From Candidatus Multivoradales bacterium (lineage in GTDB: Bacteria; Acidobacteriota; Thermoanaerobaculia; Multivoradales; J023): a DNA stretch of 64,000 bases. Every line of letters begins with the position of its first letter. Positions within the stretch are counted from its first letter, which is position 1. Location of the stretch: contig CBDFLE010000006.1 in NCBI GenBank assembly GCA_965248925.1, positions 5,088,001 through 5,152,000 of the forward strand. The letters run 5' to 3'. Position numbers and translations under genes: made by a program. The notes beneath the pieces were generated by a model that searched no databases, had not been told where the DNA came from, and saw only the letters and a list, made by a program, of their open reading frames with translations. This document shows, piece after piece, positions 26,701 to 38,400 of this stretch.

Positions 26701-29700
26701 TACGCCGGTGTTGCGGGCCGAGTTGGCCGATAGTCCGACCTTCTCGACTTTTCTTGGTCGGACTCGTGACATGGTGCTGGCCGCCCTGGAACATCAGTCT
26801 TTCCCCTTTGCCCTGCTCGCCGAGCGCCTGCGCCCGCAGCGCGATCCGTCACGGTCGCCACTCTTTCAGCACCTCTTCAGCTGGCACCGGCTACCGCCCG
26901 GCGCGCCAGCCGGTCTCACCGCTTGCGGCGTTGGCGAGGCTGGAATTGAGGTCGTCCTCGGTGAATTGCGGGCGACCAGCTTGTCGATCGCCAATCTCTC
27001 GGCGCAGTTTGATCTCGCTTTGTCGATCACCGAGGTCGACGATCAGCTGGTCGCTTGCTTGCAATTCAATACTGACCTTTTCGACTCCACTACCGCCCAG
27101 AGGTGGCTGGACAACCTGACCACGTTGACCACCACATTGACCACCACGGACAGTGCCGCGGCCGATCGGCCGCTGTCGCGATTAGAGCTGCTCAGTGCGG
27201 GGCAGCGTCAGCAGTTGATGGTTGAATGGAATGCCACCGAGCGGTCGCCGGCGGCCGACTCGGTAGGTGGCGTCGGCGCTGGCTTTGCCGCCCAGTTGGC
27301 GCGTTGGCCGCAGCGGATCGCTGTCGAGGACGGTTCAGGCCAACGCAGCTACGAAGCGGTGGATCGTCTGGCATCGGGGGTTGCGGAGGCCTTGCAAGGT
27401 CGCGGTCATGGGCCGCGATCGCGGATCGGAGTCTTTCTCGTCCGTTCCCTCGACCTGCCCGCAGTGCTGCTCGGCATTCTCCGTGCTGGCGCTGCCTACT
27501 TGCCGCTCGATCCGCGCTTTCCAGAACCTCGGCTGGAGATGATGATTGCCGACGCGCGGCCGGCGGTAGTGATTGTCGAGGATCAGCCGCCGGCTTTCAT
27601 CACCGCGTCGGGTGCCGAGCCGCTGCGCCTCGGCGAACTCCGCTCGCGGCTGCCGAGTCGTCGTCGAACTTACGCCGAACCAGCGGCGGAAAGCCTGGCC
27701 TATGTGCTTTTCACCTCAGGCTCTAGCGGCCGGCCCAAAGGAGTGCAGATCTCCCACCGGGCGCTCAACAATTTTCTGGCATCGATGGCAGAGCGCCCTG
27801 GGTTGACCGCCGAGGATCGTCTGCTGGCAGTCACTACTCTGTCCTTCGACATTTCCGTATTGGAGATCTTCCTGCCCCTGATGGTAGGTGCTCGACTGTG
27901 CTTGGCGAGTTCTGCCGCGGCGGCCGACGGCGAGGCTTTGGGCGAGTTGTCGCGGCGCTGGCGAGCGACCGTTTTGCAAGCTACACCGACCACCTGGCGG
28001 CTGTTGCTGGTGGCTGGCTGGTCGGGGAGCAACCAGCTCACCGCTTGGTGCGGCGGCGAAGGGTTGCCGGCCGACCTGGCTACCGCATTGTTGCAGCGCT
28101 GTGCTCGGCTGTGGAACCTCTACGGCCCGACCGAAACGACGGTGTGGTCGGCGATCGAGCGGATAGAGATGCCAATCGGGCGAATTGCGGTCGGTCGGCC
28201 GATCGCCAATACCAGGATTCAGCTTCTCGATCAGGCCCTTGAAGCTCGGCCGATCGGAGTTCCCGGAGAGCTATATATCGCCGGTGACGGTCTGTCCCAA
28301 GGCTACCTCGGCCGGCCCGCCTTGACCGCTGAGAAATTCCTACCGGAAGTGTCCGAGGGGCGTTCTGGTGCACGGATGTACGCCACCGGTGATCTTGCCC
28401 GATGGCTCGCCGATGGTCGGCTGGAATGTCTCGGTCGCACTGATCACCAGGTCAAGGTGCGCGGTTTTCGCATCGAGCTCGGTGAAATCGAAGCGGCGAT
28501 CTGCGCTCATCCAGAGATCCGTCAGGCGGTAGTGGTGGCTCGCCCCCAGCACCATGGCGACGCCGATCTGGTGGCCTATCTGGTCGCCGGCAGCGAAATC
28601 CAATGGGAAGATCTGAGGGTCGAGCTGCGGCGCTCATTGCCGGACTACATGGTACCGAGTAGGGCGGCTTTTCTGCTGTCGTTGCCGCTGACGCCGAATG
28701 GCAAAGTAGATCGTCGGCGCCTGCCGGAGCTGGCTGCTAACGCACCGCGGGGAGGGGGGGGAGAGTTGCGCTCGCCGCTGCAGGAGCTGCTCGCCGGGTT
28801 GTGGAGCGAGCTGCTGTCGGTTGCCGTGGTCGGGCCTCGCGACAACTTTTTCGAACTTGGCGGGCACTCCCTGAAGGCTGCCCAGCTGGCGGCCAGGGTT
28901 GGTCGTGCGGTGGCGGTCGAGCTGCCGGTGAGGAAAATTTTCGAAGCACCGATTCTGGCCGACCTGGCGACCGCTATCGAGCAGCTGCAGGGCCTTCCAC
29001 CGGCGCCAACGGAAGTTCTTTCGCGGGTCCCTGAGGATGGTCGGCGGCTGTCTTTCGCGCAACAGAGACTGTGGTTCTTCGATCGCCTGCAGCCGCTCAG
29101 CAGTGCTTACAACATGGCCGCGACGGTGGGCATCGAGGGCCGGCTGGAGCCAGCATCGTTGCGGGCGGCGCTACTTGGAGTCGTGCGTCGCCATCAGATC
29201 CTACGGACTGCCTATCCGGAGCGCGACGGGGAGGCCGCGGTAGAAGTTCTTCCCACCGTCGAGATCGAGTTGCCGCAGCTCGACTTGAGTTCCTTGGCGC
29301 CGGGTCTCCAGCGCCGGCAAGTGGCGGTGTTGGCAGCGGCGGAAGCTCGCCGGCCTTTCCGCCTCGACCGCGCACCCTTGCTTCGGGTTTGCTGGATTCG
29401 GCTTGGCGCTGCGGTTCATCAGCTGCTGATCACCGCTCACCACATGGTTGCCGATGGCTGGTCTATGGACCTGTTTTTCGATGAATTTACCGAACTCTAC
29501 TCGGCGGCGGTCGAGGACCGACCGCCGCGGCTGAGCCGCTTGAGAGTGGATTATGCCGACTACGCCGCCTGGCAGCGCCTAGCTCTGAGCAGCGCGGGAC
29601 TGGCCGCGGACGTAGCCCATTGGCGACAGAAGCTAAGCGATCCGCCAACCCTCGATTTGCCAACCGACCGGCCGCGGCGGGCGGTGCAGAGTTTTCGCGG

Positions 29701-32230
29701 AGAGCTGCTTCGACTGAGCCTGGAGCCGGCGTGCTGGGAACAGCTGCAAGCGCTTGCCCGGCGCTCTGAGGCAACGTCCTACATGGTCTTGCTGGCGGTT
29801 TTTGGCGCCTTCCTCGGTCGCTACGCTGGACAGCGGGACCTGGTTATCGGGGCGCCTTTCGCAGAGCGCGATCGACTCGAGACCGAGCCCTTGATCGGCT
29901 TCTTCGTCAACACCTTGGCTCTGCGTTTCGACTTGCGGGGCCAGCCCAGTATTGCGGAGTTGGCGCAGCGTGCCAAAGAGCTGGTGCTCGATGGCTATGC
30001 CCACCGGCGGCTGCCATTCGAGCAGGTTCTCGAAGAGCTCGAGATCGACCGCACCCTCAGCCACAATCCACTCTTCCAGGTCACTTTTTCTGCCCTCAAT
30101 CCGCTACCCCAACGCACTCTTTCAGCTGTCACCTGGAGCCCGAGAGTACTGCACAATGGCAGTGCCAAATTCGATCTCAGCCTGTTTGTCGTCACCGACC
30201 CGCGGGGTCCGGAGCTACAGCTAGAATATGCCTCAGATCTCTTCGACGGGGTTACGGCGAAGCGCATGTTGAGGCATTTCCATACTTTGCTCGGCGCCGG
30301 TTTGAGCCGCCCGGATCATTGCTTCTCCTCTCTGCCTCTGCTCAGCCTTGGCGAACGCGCGCAGCTGCAGGTGGAGTGGAACGACACCGCAGTGCCTCGC
30401 CATCTGGGTGCGGGCCGGGAAGATCGGAGCCTTGCTGGTGGGGTAGTTGAACGCTTCCGCGAACAAGCCATGACAACTCCCGACGCTTTGGCGGTAGTTG
30501 GCGGGGAGGGTCGGCTGAGCTATGCCGACCTCGACCTCGCCAGTGATCGATGGGCGGGGCACCTGCTGGGCGGCGGGGTAGGTCCGGAGTCCGTGGTCGG
30601 GGTGTGGGCGGATCGCTCGCTAGAATTGATCATTGCTTTGCTGGCGGTGCTCAAGGCGGGTGGTGCCTACTTGCCCCTCGATCCAGCGTTGCCTGCCGAG
30701 CGGGTGGCGGCGCAGCTCGGCGATGCTCGGGCCGGCTGGCTGTTGCGGGCGGGCCGCAACAGAACCGCGCTCCCCGGCGATTGGAGCGAACTATGGATGG
30801 ACCAGGGCTCACAGCCCCGAGGCGAGCTTGCCGGGGCTCTGCCACCGGCTGCCGTCGAGCCGCAGAATCTCGCTTATGTGATCTATACCTCGGGCTCTAC
30901 CGGCCGGCCGAAGGGAGTGGCCATCAGCCATCGCGGTCTGACTAATCTGGTGAGCTGGCACCAACGTCGCTACCGCATCGAGCCGGGACACCGGGCAACC
31001 CAGATGGCGGGGCTTGGTTTCGATGCCGTGGTGTGGGAGATCTGGCCCTATTTGACCGCTGGCGCCTGCCTATACCTGGCGGCGGAGGATCTCCAGGCCG
31101 ATCCAGCAAGGCTGCTCGATTGGTTGGCTAGGAAACGAATCGACTTCTGCTTCTTGCCCACTCCGCTGGCCGAAGCGTTGCTGGATGAGCCGCCGCGGAC
31201 AGAGATCGGGCTGCGGGTTCTGCTCACCGGTGGCGATCGGCTGCACGCTGGAAAACCGGACGGTTGGCCGTTCGAGCTGGTCAATCACTACGGCCCCACC
31301 GAGAGTTCGGTGGTCGCCACCGCTGGCCGGGTGGCGCCGGCCCGCCAGCTCGAGGTGGCGCCGGATATCGGCCGGGCGATCGACAACCTACAGGTTCATG
31401 TTGTCGATCAAGCTTTGCAGCTGGTGCCGATCGGGGTTGTCGGTGAACTGGTGATCGGCGGCAGGGGTCTGACCCGGGGCTACCTCGGCCGATCTCGCCG
31501 CACCGCCGAGGTACTAGTACCGGAACCTTTTGGTGCTGATGGGCGGCGGCTCTACCGCACCGGTGATCTGGTCCGCTGGCTGGGGTCAGGTCGCTTGGAG
31601 TTCCTCCGCCGGCTCGACGATCAGGTGCAGCTACGTGGCTTTCGCATTGAACTGGGGGAGATCGAGAGCGAGTGCCGGCGCCATCCAGCAGTCAGCGAGG
31701 CAGCGGTCGTGGTCCTTCGGCAAGGCCAGGCAGAATCCCGGTTGGTAGCCTACCTGGCCGCTTCCGAACTATCATCCGAAACCGATCTGACCGAACATCT
31801 TCGGCGGCGCCTACCAGGCTACATGGTGCCCTCGAACTTCATTTTTCTCGAACAGCTTCCAGTCAATGCTAACGGCAAGATAGACCGCCTTCGCCTGCCC
31901 CCACTCGAAGGTTCCGATTTGCTGCGAGGGGCGAGGTTTGTCGCGCCGCGCACCGATTTTGAAGAACTACTTGCCGAGATCTGGAGTGATCTACTGCAAG
32001 TAGAGAAAATTGGTGTTTACGATAGTTTCTTCGAGCTGGGTGGGCACTCTCTTATGGTCGTGCGGATGCTTTCGCGAGTTCGTGACCTATTGGATGTAGA
32101 ACTCTCGCCGCGCCCCTTGTTCGAAGATCCGACCATCGCTGGTCTCTCCAGGCAGATTGCCATGGCTCTTCTCGCCGAGAACGACAAAGACATTGTCGAA
32201 GACCCGCTCAACGACTCGCTCGAGAGCTGA
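23741..32230 (+). CDS. NRPS 1: FAAL-ACP-C-A(Gly)-T-C-A(Leu-like)-T
   Basis: FAAL motifs LQYTSGST, WLPPQHDMGLIG, CYGLAEATL; ACP GLDSL; C motifs HHIVGD and HHMVAD; hand-read codes DILQWGLVWK and DAWFLGHVVK; T motifs GGHSL. Confidence 0.95.
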   Translation: MATPPVCSSPASANNLVDLLRRRSRQHPDRIAFIFLSNGEEEGERLTYGELDQRARVLGSHLRRKLPAGERALLLYPPGLELIVGFFGCLYAGMVAVLAHPPRGRRTLPRLAAIVADAAPGAVLSQTVEMRRIAAWAKQVEALARVELIASDALAEELADGWRDPRSEPQTLAFLQYTSGSTAAPKGVMVSHGNLLHNERLIQSAFRQPEGTVVVGWLPPQHDMGLIGNVIQPLYMGGRAILMSPVAFLQSPVRWLRAIDRYRANVSGGPDFAYQLCVDRIERQLCSTIDLSSWEVAFNGAEPVREETLRRFSEHFSDAGFSAARFFPCYGLAEATLLVSGGRQAAEPVRRLVSSKALALDQIRPPEPGDEAGRWLVSSGRCHPEVEVVVVEPQTGRPVEPGEVGEIWVSGPSVAAGYWHNRQATAEIFEVAVAGRPGRFLRSGDLGFVDQGELFVTGRLKDLIIIRGRNHYPQDLELTMEGCHPAAISGRGAAFSVDRGGGERLVLVQEVLRDADLVVEDLLSTVCQAVAELHELQVEDLLLIRRGSLPVTTSGKVRRRRCRELYLQDRLRVVAQWGRQQGAASAVGGVIARPSLDRLRTMDREQRRTTLGPYLLQQLADGLEIDVAQLRPDRPLTAQGLDSLNALELGHRVESEFAVRLSVAELLAGASPRQVLERLVDGIDTRSSASPEHRPENSLGDALSYGEKSLWFLHQLAPLSAAYNLFGALRVQPALDPGRLRRAVAALARRHPALRTTYGTRQGQPYRRVAAAAEMAVNVAVEIEPTAGWSVAKQHSRMVELAHQPIDLESGPLLRVVLFTADTDDSRLLLVLHHIVGDFWSLAILAQELGLLYDDLESVLPTLLTTYAESVQLAAADLDGQRGKVDWKYWRTLLAAAFEDLNLPTDRPRPASQTFVGDRRLIHWPAPLKAAVESLAKDHGVTVYVVLLAVFQVLLHRLSGQSNFAVGSPFAGRERAEQKSVVGYFVNTPVLRAELADSPTFSTFLGRTRDMVLAALEHQSFPFALLAERLRPQRDPSRSPLFQHLFSWHRLPPGAPAGLTACGVGEAGIEVVLGELRATSLSIANLSAQFDLALSITEVDDQLVACLQFNTDLFDSTTAQRWLDNLTTLTTTLTTTDSAAADRPLSRLELLSAGQRQQLMVEWNATERSPAADSVGGVGAGFAAQLARWPQRIAVEDGSGQRSYEAVDRLASGVAEALQGRGHGPRSRIGVFLVRSLDLPAVLLGILRAGAAYLPLDPRFPEPRLEMMIADARPAVVIVEDQPPAFITASGAEPLRLGELRSRLPSRRRTYAEPAAESLAYVLFTSGSSGRPKGVQISHRALNNFLASMAERPGLTAEDRLLAVTTLSFDISVLEIFLPLMVGARLCLASSAAAADGEALGELSRRWRATVLQATPTTWRLLLVAGWSGSNQLTAWCGGEGLPADLATALLQRCARLWNLYGPTETTVWSAIERIEMPIGRIAVGRPIANTRIQLLDQALEARPIGVPGELYIAGDGLSQGYLGRPALTAEKFLPEVSEGRSGARMYATGDLARWLADGRLECLGRTDHQVKVRGFRIELGEIEAAICAHPEIRQAVVVARPQHHGDADLVAYLVAGSEIQWEDLRVELRRSLPDYMVPSRAAFLLSLPLTPNGKVDRRRLPELAANAPRGGGGELRSPLQELLAGLWSELLSVAVVGPRDNFFELGGHSLKAAQLAARVGRAVAVELPVRKIFEAPILADLATAIEQLQGLPPAPTEVLSRVPEDGRRLSFAQQRLWFFDRLQPLSSAYNMAATVGIEGRLEPASLRAALLGVVRRHQILRTAYPERDGEAAVEVLPTVEIELPQLDLSSLAPGLQRRQVAVLAAAEARRPFRLDRAPLLRVCWIRLGAAVHQLLITAHHMVADGWSMDLFFDEFTELYSAAVEDRPPRLSRLRVDYADYAAWQRLALSSAGLAADVAHWRQKLSDPPTLDLPTDRPRRAVQSFRGELLRLSLEPACWEQLQALARRSEATSYMVLLAVFGAFLGRYAGQRDLVIGAPFAERDRLETEPLIGFFVNTLALRFDLRGQPSIAELAQRAKELVLDGYAHRRLPFEQVLEELEIDRTLSHNPLFQVTFSALNPLPQRTLSAVTWSPRVLHNGSAKFDLSLFVVTDPRGPELQLEYASDLFDGVTAKRMLRHFHTLLGAGLSRPDHCFSSLPLLSLGERAQLQVEWNDTAVPRHLGAGREDRSLAGGVVERFREQAMTTPDALAVVGGEGRLSYADLDLASDRWAGHLLGGGVGPESVVGVWADRSLELIIALLAVLKAGGAYLPLDPALPAERVAAQLGDARAGWLLRAGRNRTALPGDWSELWMDQGSQPRGELAGALPPAAVEPQNLAYVIYTSGSTGRPKGVAISHRGLTNLVSWHQRRYRIEPGHRATQMAGLGFDAVVWEIWPYLTAGACLYLAAEDLQADPARLLDWLARKRIDFCFLPTPLAEALLDEPPRTEIGLRVLLTGGDRLHAGKPDGWPFELVNHYGPTESSVVATAGRVAPARQLEVAPDIGRAIDNLQVHVVDQALQLVPIGVVGELVIGGRGLTRGYLGRSRRTAEVLVPEPFGADGRRLYRTGDLVRWLGSGRLEFLRRLDDQVQLRGFRIELGEIESECRRHPAVSEAAVVVLRQGQAESRLVAYLAASELSSETDLTEHLRRRLPGYMVPSNFIFLEQLPVNANGKIDRLRLPPLEGSDLLRGARFVAPRTDFEELLAEIWSDLLQVEKIGVYDSFFELGGHSLMVVRMLSRVRDLLDVELSPRPLFEDPTIAGLSRQIAMALLAENDKDIVEDPLNDSLES

Positions 32231-32472
32231 TAGATCACCACCCTTGGCGAAGTTTCTCCTTAAGACGGTGGTCTCTCTGTGGCGCGTGGGCAGCTACTCC
32301 CATGGCTCTGTTGAGGTAAAATACTGGCCGAATAGCGGGTTCTTTCACAGGTCTGTGGGGGGATTCAACAGTCAGTTCGATAGGCCTGGGCGGCGCCTAA
32401 TCGGTGTCAGGGTGGGTCTGCGGGTCAAGTTTTATACTCCTGGAATTTTCTTCCGATGGCTTGCGGAGAACG

Positions 32473-35400
32473 ATGGATCGAAAGAGGCAAATCGATGGGT
32501 TGTCGCCGGCTGCGCTTGCCGCTCTGGTCAAGAACCTGCGGCAGAAAAAGAAAGTAGTCCGGCGCCGTATTCCGCGGCTCGGGCGGTCGCCGGCTGGTGA
32601 TCGGCTGTCGTTTGCCCAAGAAAGATTCTGGTTCCTCGATCGCCTACATCCGGGTAGCGCAACCTACAACATAGCCGGAGCGGTCACCCTCGGTGGTGAG
32701 CTCGACGTGGCGGCGCTGCGCGCCAGCCTGGATGCGCTGGTGGCGCGTCATCAAACCCTGCGCACCAGGTTCGCCGAGCGCGACGGCAGTCCGGTGCAGA
32801 TCCTTTTCGATCCGCCACTGACTCCCTTGCCGGTGATCGATTTGCAGCAGTTGCTATCGAGCGACCGGCAGCAGCAAGCCGACCGGCTGGGCGCGCGCTG
32901 GGCAAGATCTCCCTTCGAGCTGAACCGGGGTCCACTGCTGCGCTGTTTGCTGCTGCATGTGTCGGCGCGTCAGACGCAGCTGGTCCTCGGCTTGCACCAC
33001 ATCATCGCGGATGGATGGTCTTGCGCCATCATGGTGCGCGAAATAGCAGATGGCTATTCCAGGTGGTGTGTTCCCGAACCGCCTGCAGACGGCGGTTGGG
33101 ACGCCGAGTTGCCGATTCAATATGCCGATTTCGCTGACTGGCAGCGCCAGCGTTTGGTGGACGAGCGGCTGGCGTCGCTACTCGACTTCTGGCAGCCACG
33201 TCTGCAGGGGGTTCCGGTCTTGGACTTGCCGACCGACGGCCAACGGTCTGCGTCGGCCGCCGGGCTCGGTGGGCGCCTGCCGTTGCGTATCGACAGGCAT
33301 CTGACCAGCGGTCTAGAGACGCTTGCCAAGGGCGCCGGGGTGACTTTGTTCGTTGCCCTGGTCGGCGTTTTCGGCTTGCTGTTGCGGCGTTTCTCGGGCC
33401 AGCAAGACTTTGCTGTCGCCACCCCGACGGCGGGACGCGATAGGTCTGAACTCGAGCCGCTGATTGGCTGCTTCGTCAACACTCTGCTACTGCGGCTGCG
33501 GTGGTCCGACAATCTGCTGCTCGATGATCTGCTGAGTGCTACCGGTGAGCAGATGGCCGGCGCTCTTGAGCACCAGGAGCTGCCATTCGAAGAGCTGGTG
33601 CGTGAGTTGGATCCGCAGCGCAGCATGGCGACGGCGCCACTGGCGCAAGTGATGTTGGTGCTTCAGGGTACCCCCCTCGACCTGCGCCTAGGCGATCTAT
33701 CACTAACCTTGGAGGAACTGGACACCGGCTCAGCCAAGTTTGATTTGTTACTCAATCTGACACCCTGCTCGGGGCGGCTGGAGGGCTTCCTCGAGTACCG
33801 CCGCGAACTCTTCGACCGCTCGACAGTCGACCGCCTCTGCCGCTATCTGGAAGCGCTGATCGCGGCCTTTGTCGGTGGCCGGGGCCGCCTTCTGTCGCAG
33901 CTCTCCGCCGCGCCTCGAAGTGAGCGGCAGCAGCTGCTTTATGAGTGGAGCGAAGCGTCGACCGCCGGGTCGCCGAACCGCGGGTCGGTTGGCGATTTGC
34001 TACACCGCATGGTGGCGGCGCAGAGCCAGCGTTCGCCGACGTCGACAGCGCTAATCGATGGCGCTAGCAGCTGGAGCTATGCCCAGCTCGACGAGGCTGT
34101 CGGGCAGCTGGCGAGTCGCCTTGTCGGTGCCGGGGTCGAGCCCGGACAGCCGGTGGCGGTCTGCCTGCGGCGATCGCCGGAGATGGTTGTTTGCTTGTTG
34201 GCGGTTATGCGGGCAGGAGCCTACTACGTGCCTTTGGATGTTGGCTACCCGACCGAACGGCTGCACTTCATAGTCACCGATTCGGCGGTGCAGGTGGTGC
34301 TGCTCGGCGCGGCGCTGGAGGTGGATTTACCGCCGGTGGCCACCACCCTGCGAATCGAGCCGTGGCGGCTGGCCGAGCTGTCCGGGACGGCGGCGCGGCG
34401 CGACCGGGAGTGCAGGCCGAGCGTCGCGCTGGCCAGTGAGTCGCTCGCCTACGTGATCTACACCTCGGGCTCGACCGGTCAGCCGAAAGGGGTGGGGATC
34501 TCGCACTCTGCCGCGACCGGGCTGATGCATTGGGCGCGAAGTCAGTTCAGCGATAGCGAACTCAGCGGCGTGCTGGCGGCGACCTCGATTTGTTTTGACC
34601 TGTCGGTGTTCGAACTCTTCGCGCCGCTGTGCTGGGGTGGCTGCGCGGTGCTGGCTGAGGATGCTCTGAACCTGTCTGGTTTGCCGGCGGCCGATCGCGT
34701 GCGGCTGATCAACACGGTGCCCTCGGTGATGGCCGCGGTGCTGCGGCAGGGCCCTCTGCCGGCCTCGGTCGAGACTATTAACCTGGCTGGCGAGGCACTC
34801 AGCGGTGCTCTGGTGGCGCAGGTTTACGCCGCCGCAGGTGTCCGTCGGGTGCTGAATCTCTACGGCCCGTCCGAAGACACGACTTACAGCACCGCTACCG
34901 AGGTAAGCCGCTCTGCCAGGGTGCCGACAATCGGCCGGCCGTTGCCCGCTACCGAAGTCTATCTGCTGGATCGGCGCGGTCTGCCGGTGCCCCTTGGGGC
35001 GCGTGGCGAGCTGGCTTTAGGTGGTGCCCATCTCGCGCGTGGCTATTTGCGCCGAAGTGCGCTGACCGCTGAGCGTTTCGTGCCTCACTCGTTCTCGGCG
35101 GCGGCCGGAGCGCGACTCTATTTGACTGGCGATCAGGCGCGCTATCGCGGCGCTGGTGAGCTTGATTTCTTGGGCCGGCTGGACCATCAAGTCAAAGTGC
35201 GGGGCTTTCGCATCGAGCTGGGTGAAGTTGCCGCGCGGCTGACCGAGCATCCTGCGGTCGAGGAGGTAGTGGCGGTGGTGGAAGCGGACGCCGACGGTGG
35301 TTGGCTGATCGCTTTCTGGAGTGGTCGATCGGCAGACTCGCCAGCGGTCAGCGGCGCCGAGCTGCGCGCCTTCCTCGCCACTCGCCTGCCGGATTTCATG

Positions 35401-38400
35401 GTTCCTACCTGGCTGCTGCGGCTGGCCGAGCTACCACGGACTGCGAATGGCAAGATCGACCGCCGAGCCCTGCCGGGCCTGAGCGAGATCCGCGGTCAAC
35501 ACAGCGGCGAATACATCGCGCCGCGAGATGCGGTCGAACGGACCGTGGCGGACATCTGGTGCCAGGTGCTAAAGCTCGAGCGAGTCGGCGCCCTGGACGA
35601 GTTCTTTGCCCTTGGCGGTCACTCCTTACTGGCCACTCGGGTGGTGGCGCGGGTGCGCGAGGCGTTCGGCATCGAGCTGCCACTGCGCAGTGTCTTCGAA
35701 TTCTCGACCGTCGAGCGCTCGGCTGAGCAGATTCGTTCTCTCCAGCAGGCGCCGGGAGAGCTGGCTGAGTGGGCGCGGATCGAAGCGGTCTCGGCCGCGG
35801 TTCTACCCCTGTCGTTCGCCCAGGAACGGCTGTGGTTTGTCGAGCAGCTGGAACCCGGCGCGGCGACCCATAACGTGCCGGCGGCGGTTCGCTTGGTTGG
35901 CTCTCTCGATCGCTTGGCGCTGCACGCTGCACTCGCCGCGATCATCGAGCGCCACGCCATCTTGCGCACGGTTGTGCGTTCCACTGATGGCCGTGGGCTG
36001 CAAGAGTTCTTGCCCAGCTTGGAGCTACTTGTACCGCTCACCGATCTTTCCGCCCTCGATTCGGCAGCGGCGGAAGACCAGCTGGCGCTGGTCTTTGCCG
36101 CTAGCGCCCAGCGTCCCTTCGACCTCGAGAAAGGGCCGCTGATTCGCTCCCAACTGCTGCGGCTGGCGTCCGCTGAGCACGTCCTACTGCTCGAACTGCA
36201 CCACCTGATCACCGACGCCTGGTCGATGGAGATCTTGATTCGCGAGCTGACCGCGTTCTATGGCGGCAAGAGCCTGCCGCCGGTCGAGCTGAGCTACGGT
36301 GACTTCGCTCTGTGGCAGCGACGGCTGCTGGACGAACGAGCCCTGGAGCCGCACCTCGACTACTGGCGCCGCCAGCTAGCGGCGATCGAGCCTTTAGAGC
36401 TGCCGACGGATTGGCCTCGGCCGACTCAGCCGAGCCAGCGTGGTGGTGCCCTGCCGGTGGTTCTCGGCATGCGGCTCAGCGCCGCGCTGGAAGACTTCAG
36501 CCGGCGATTCGCCGCCACTCCATTCATGGTCTTACTGGCCACCTTCGCCCACCAATTGTCGATTTACAGCGGACGTTGCGATATCGCCATCGGTTCGCCG
36601 GTCGCTGGCCGGCAGCGAATCGAACTCGAGGAGATGATCGGCTTCTTTGTCAACACCCTGGTACTGCGGGTCGAAGTCGGCGGTGATCCGACCTTCCGCC
36701 AGCTGCTTGGCAGGGTTCGCGAGCTGACCCTACAGGGGCAGGAGCACCAGCAAGTGCCTTTCGCGCGTCTGGTGGAGGAGTTGAGCCCGCGGCGGGATTT
36801 AGGCATCACTCCTCTGTTCCAGGTGATGCTGGTGTTGCAGACCGCGCCGCGGCCGGTGTTGGCTGTCGAGGGCCTAGAGCTGGAGCCTTTGGCGGTCCAC
36901 AACGCGACGGCACCGTTCGAGCTGACCCTGTCACTGGCGCCGGTCGATGACGGCCTCGAAGGTACCTTCGAATATGCCGCAGAGCTGTTCTCGGCAGCGA
37001 CGGTGGCGCGATTTCGCGATCACTTCTGCCACCTGCTGTCGGCTGTTGTCGAGCAGCCGAATCGTCGCCTGTCTGAACTCTCGCCACTAGCGGCTGGCGA
37101 ACGTCATCAGGTGTTGGTGAGCTGGGCTGGAACGACACTGTGCTTGGCTGAGCCCAGCACAGTGGTGGAGCGGATCGATGCGGCGGTCGGTGGACGGCAA
37201 GCGGTCGCGGCGGTGGTGGACGGCGACCAACGGCTGAGCTATGGCGAACTCGATGTCGCGGTCGTCGCGCTGGCCCAGCGCTTGCGCCGGTTCGGCGTTG
37301 GCCCCGAGATCCGGGTGGCGGTTCATCTGCGCCGCTCGGCGCGGTTGATAGTCGCCTTGCTGGCGGTGATGAAGTGTGGCGGTGCCTATGTGCCGCTCGA
37401 TCCGCGAGCACCGCGGCGGCGGCTGGCTCAGATCCTTGACGACGCCGGGGTGGCCTTAGTGCTCAGCGAGTCGCAGCTGCTCGGCGATCTGCCGTCGACC
37501 GAGGTGCCGGTGTGGACTCTCGGCGCGCTCGAGGAAGCCGCCGCGGTGGCTGACGAACGGGCCTTTGCTACCGTCGCCCCCGAACTCACCGCTTATTTGA
37601 TTTACACCTCTGGATCGAGCGGCCGGCCGAAAGGGGTGGCGATCTCTCATCGCGCCTTGGCCAGCTATGTGGTGCGGGCTGCCGAACGCTATGACCTGGG
37701 GGAGGGTGACCGGGTCTTGCAGCTCAACTCGATCAGCTTCGACACCAGTGCCGAGGAGATATTTCCCGCGCTACTCGCCGGCGCTACGTTGGTTCCGTGG
37801 AGCGGTGAACTCGAGTCCGCTGGCGCTTTCCTGGCCAGTTGTCAGCGGGTTGGCGTCACCGTGCTCAATTTCCCGACAGCCTACTGGCACACCCTGGTGG
37901 CGGAAGTTGAAGACGATTCGACCGCCCACTGGCCGGCCGGCCTGCGGCTGGTGATCATCGGCGGCGAGCAGGCACTGGCCCAGGATCTCGGCCGATGGCG
38001 GGGGCAGCTGGATGGTGCGGTGCGACTTCTCAATACCTATGGTCCTACTGAAGCGACAATCGTCGCCAGTTGGTGGGAGGACGCTGGTCAGAGATTGTCC
38101 GGCGCCACTGGCCTACCGATTGGTGAGCCGACACCCAACGCGCGCACTCGGGTGCTCGACCGCTGCCTGCGGCCGCTACCGATCGGTGTTCCTGGTGAAC
38201 TCTGCATCGGCGGCGAGGGATTGGCTCGCGGCTACTTCGGCAATCCCCGGCTGACCGCTGAGCTGTTTGTACCCGATCCCTATTCGAGCGATGCTTTCGA
38301 CCGCCTCTACCGCACTGGCGATCTGGTCCGGTTTACCGGCGGCGGGGAGCTGGAGTTTGTTGGTCGGCGCGATCACCAGGTCAAAATCCGCGGTTTCCGA

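Noticed and set aside
27116-27148. Short tandem duplication encoding LTTLTTTLTTT in NRPS 1 (similar 12-bp duplication at ~10506-10529)
   Set aside because: In-frame micro-duplications in tolerant regions; no sign of function.
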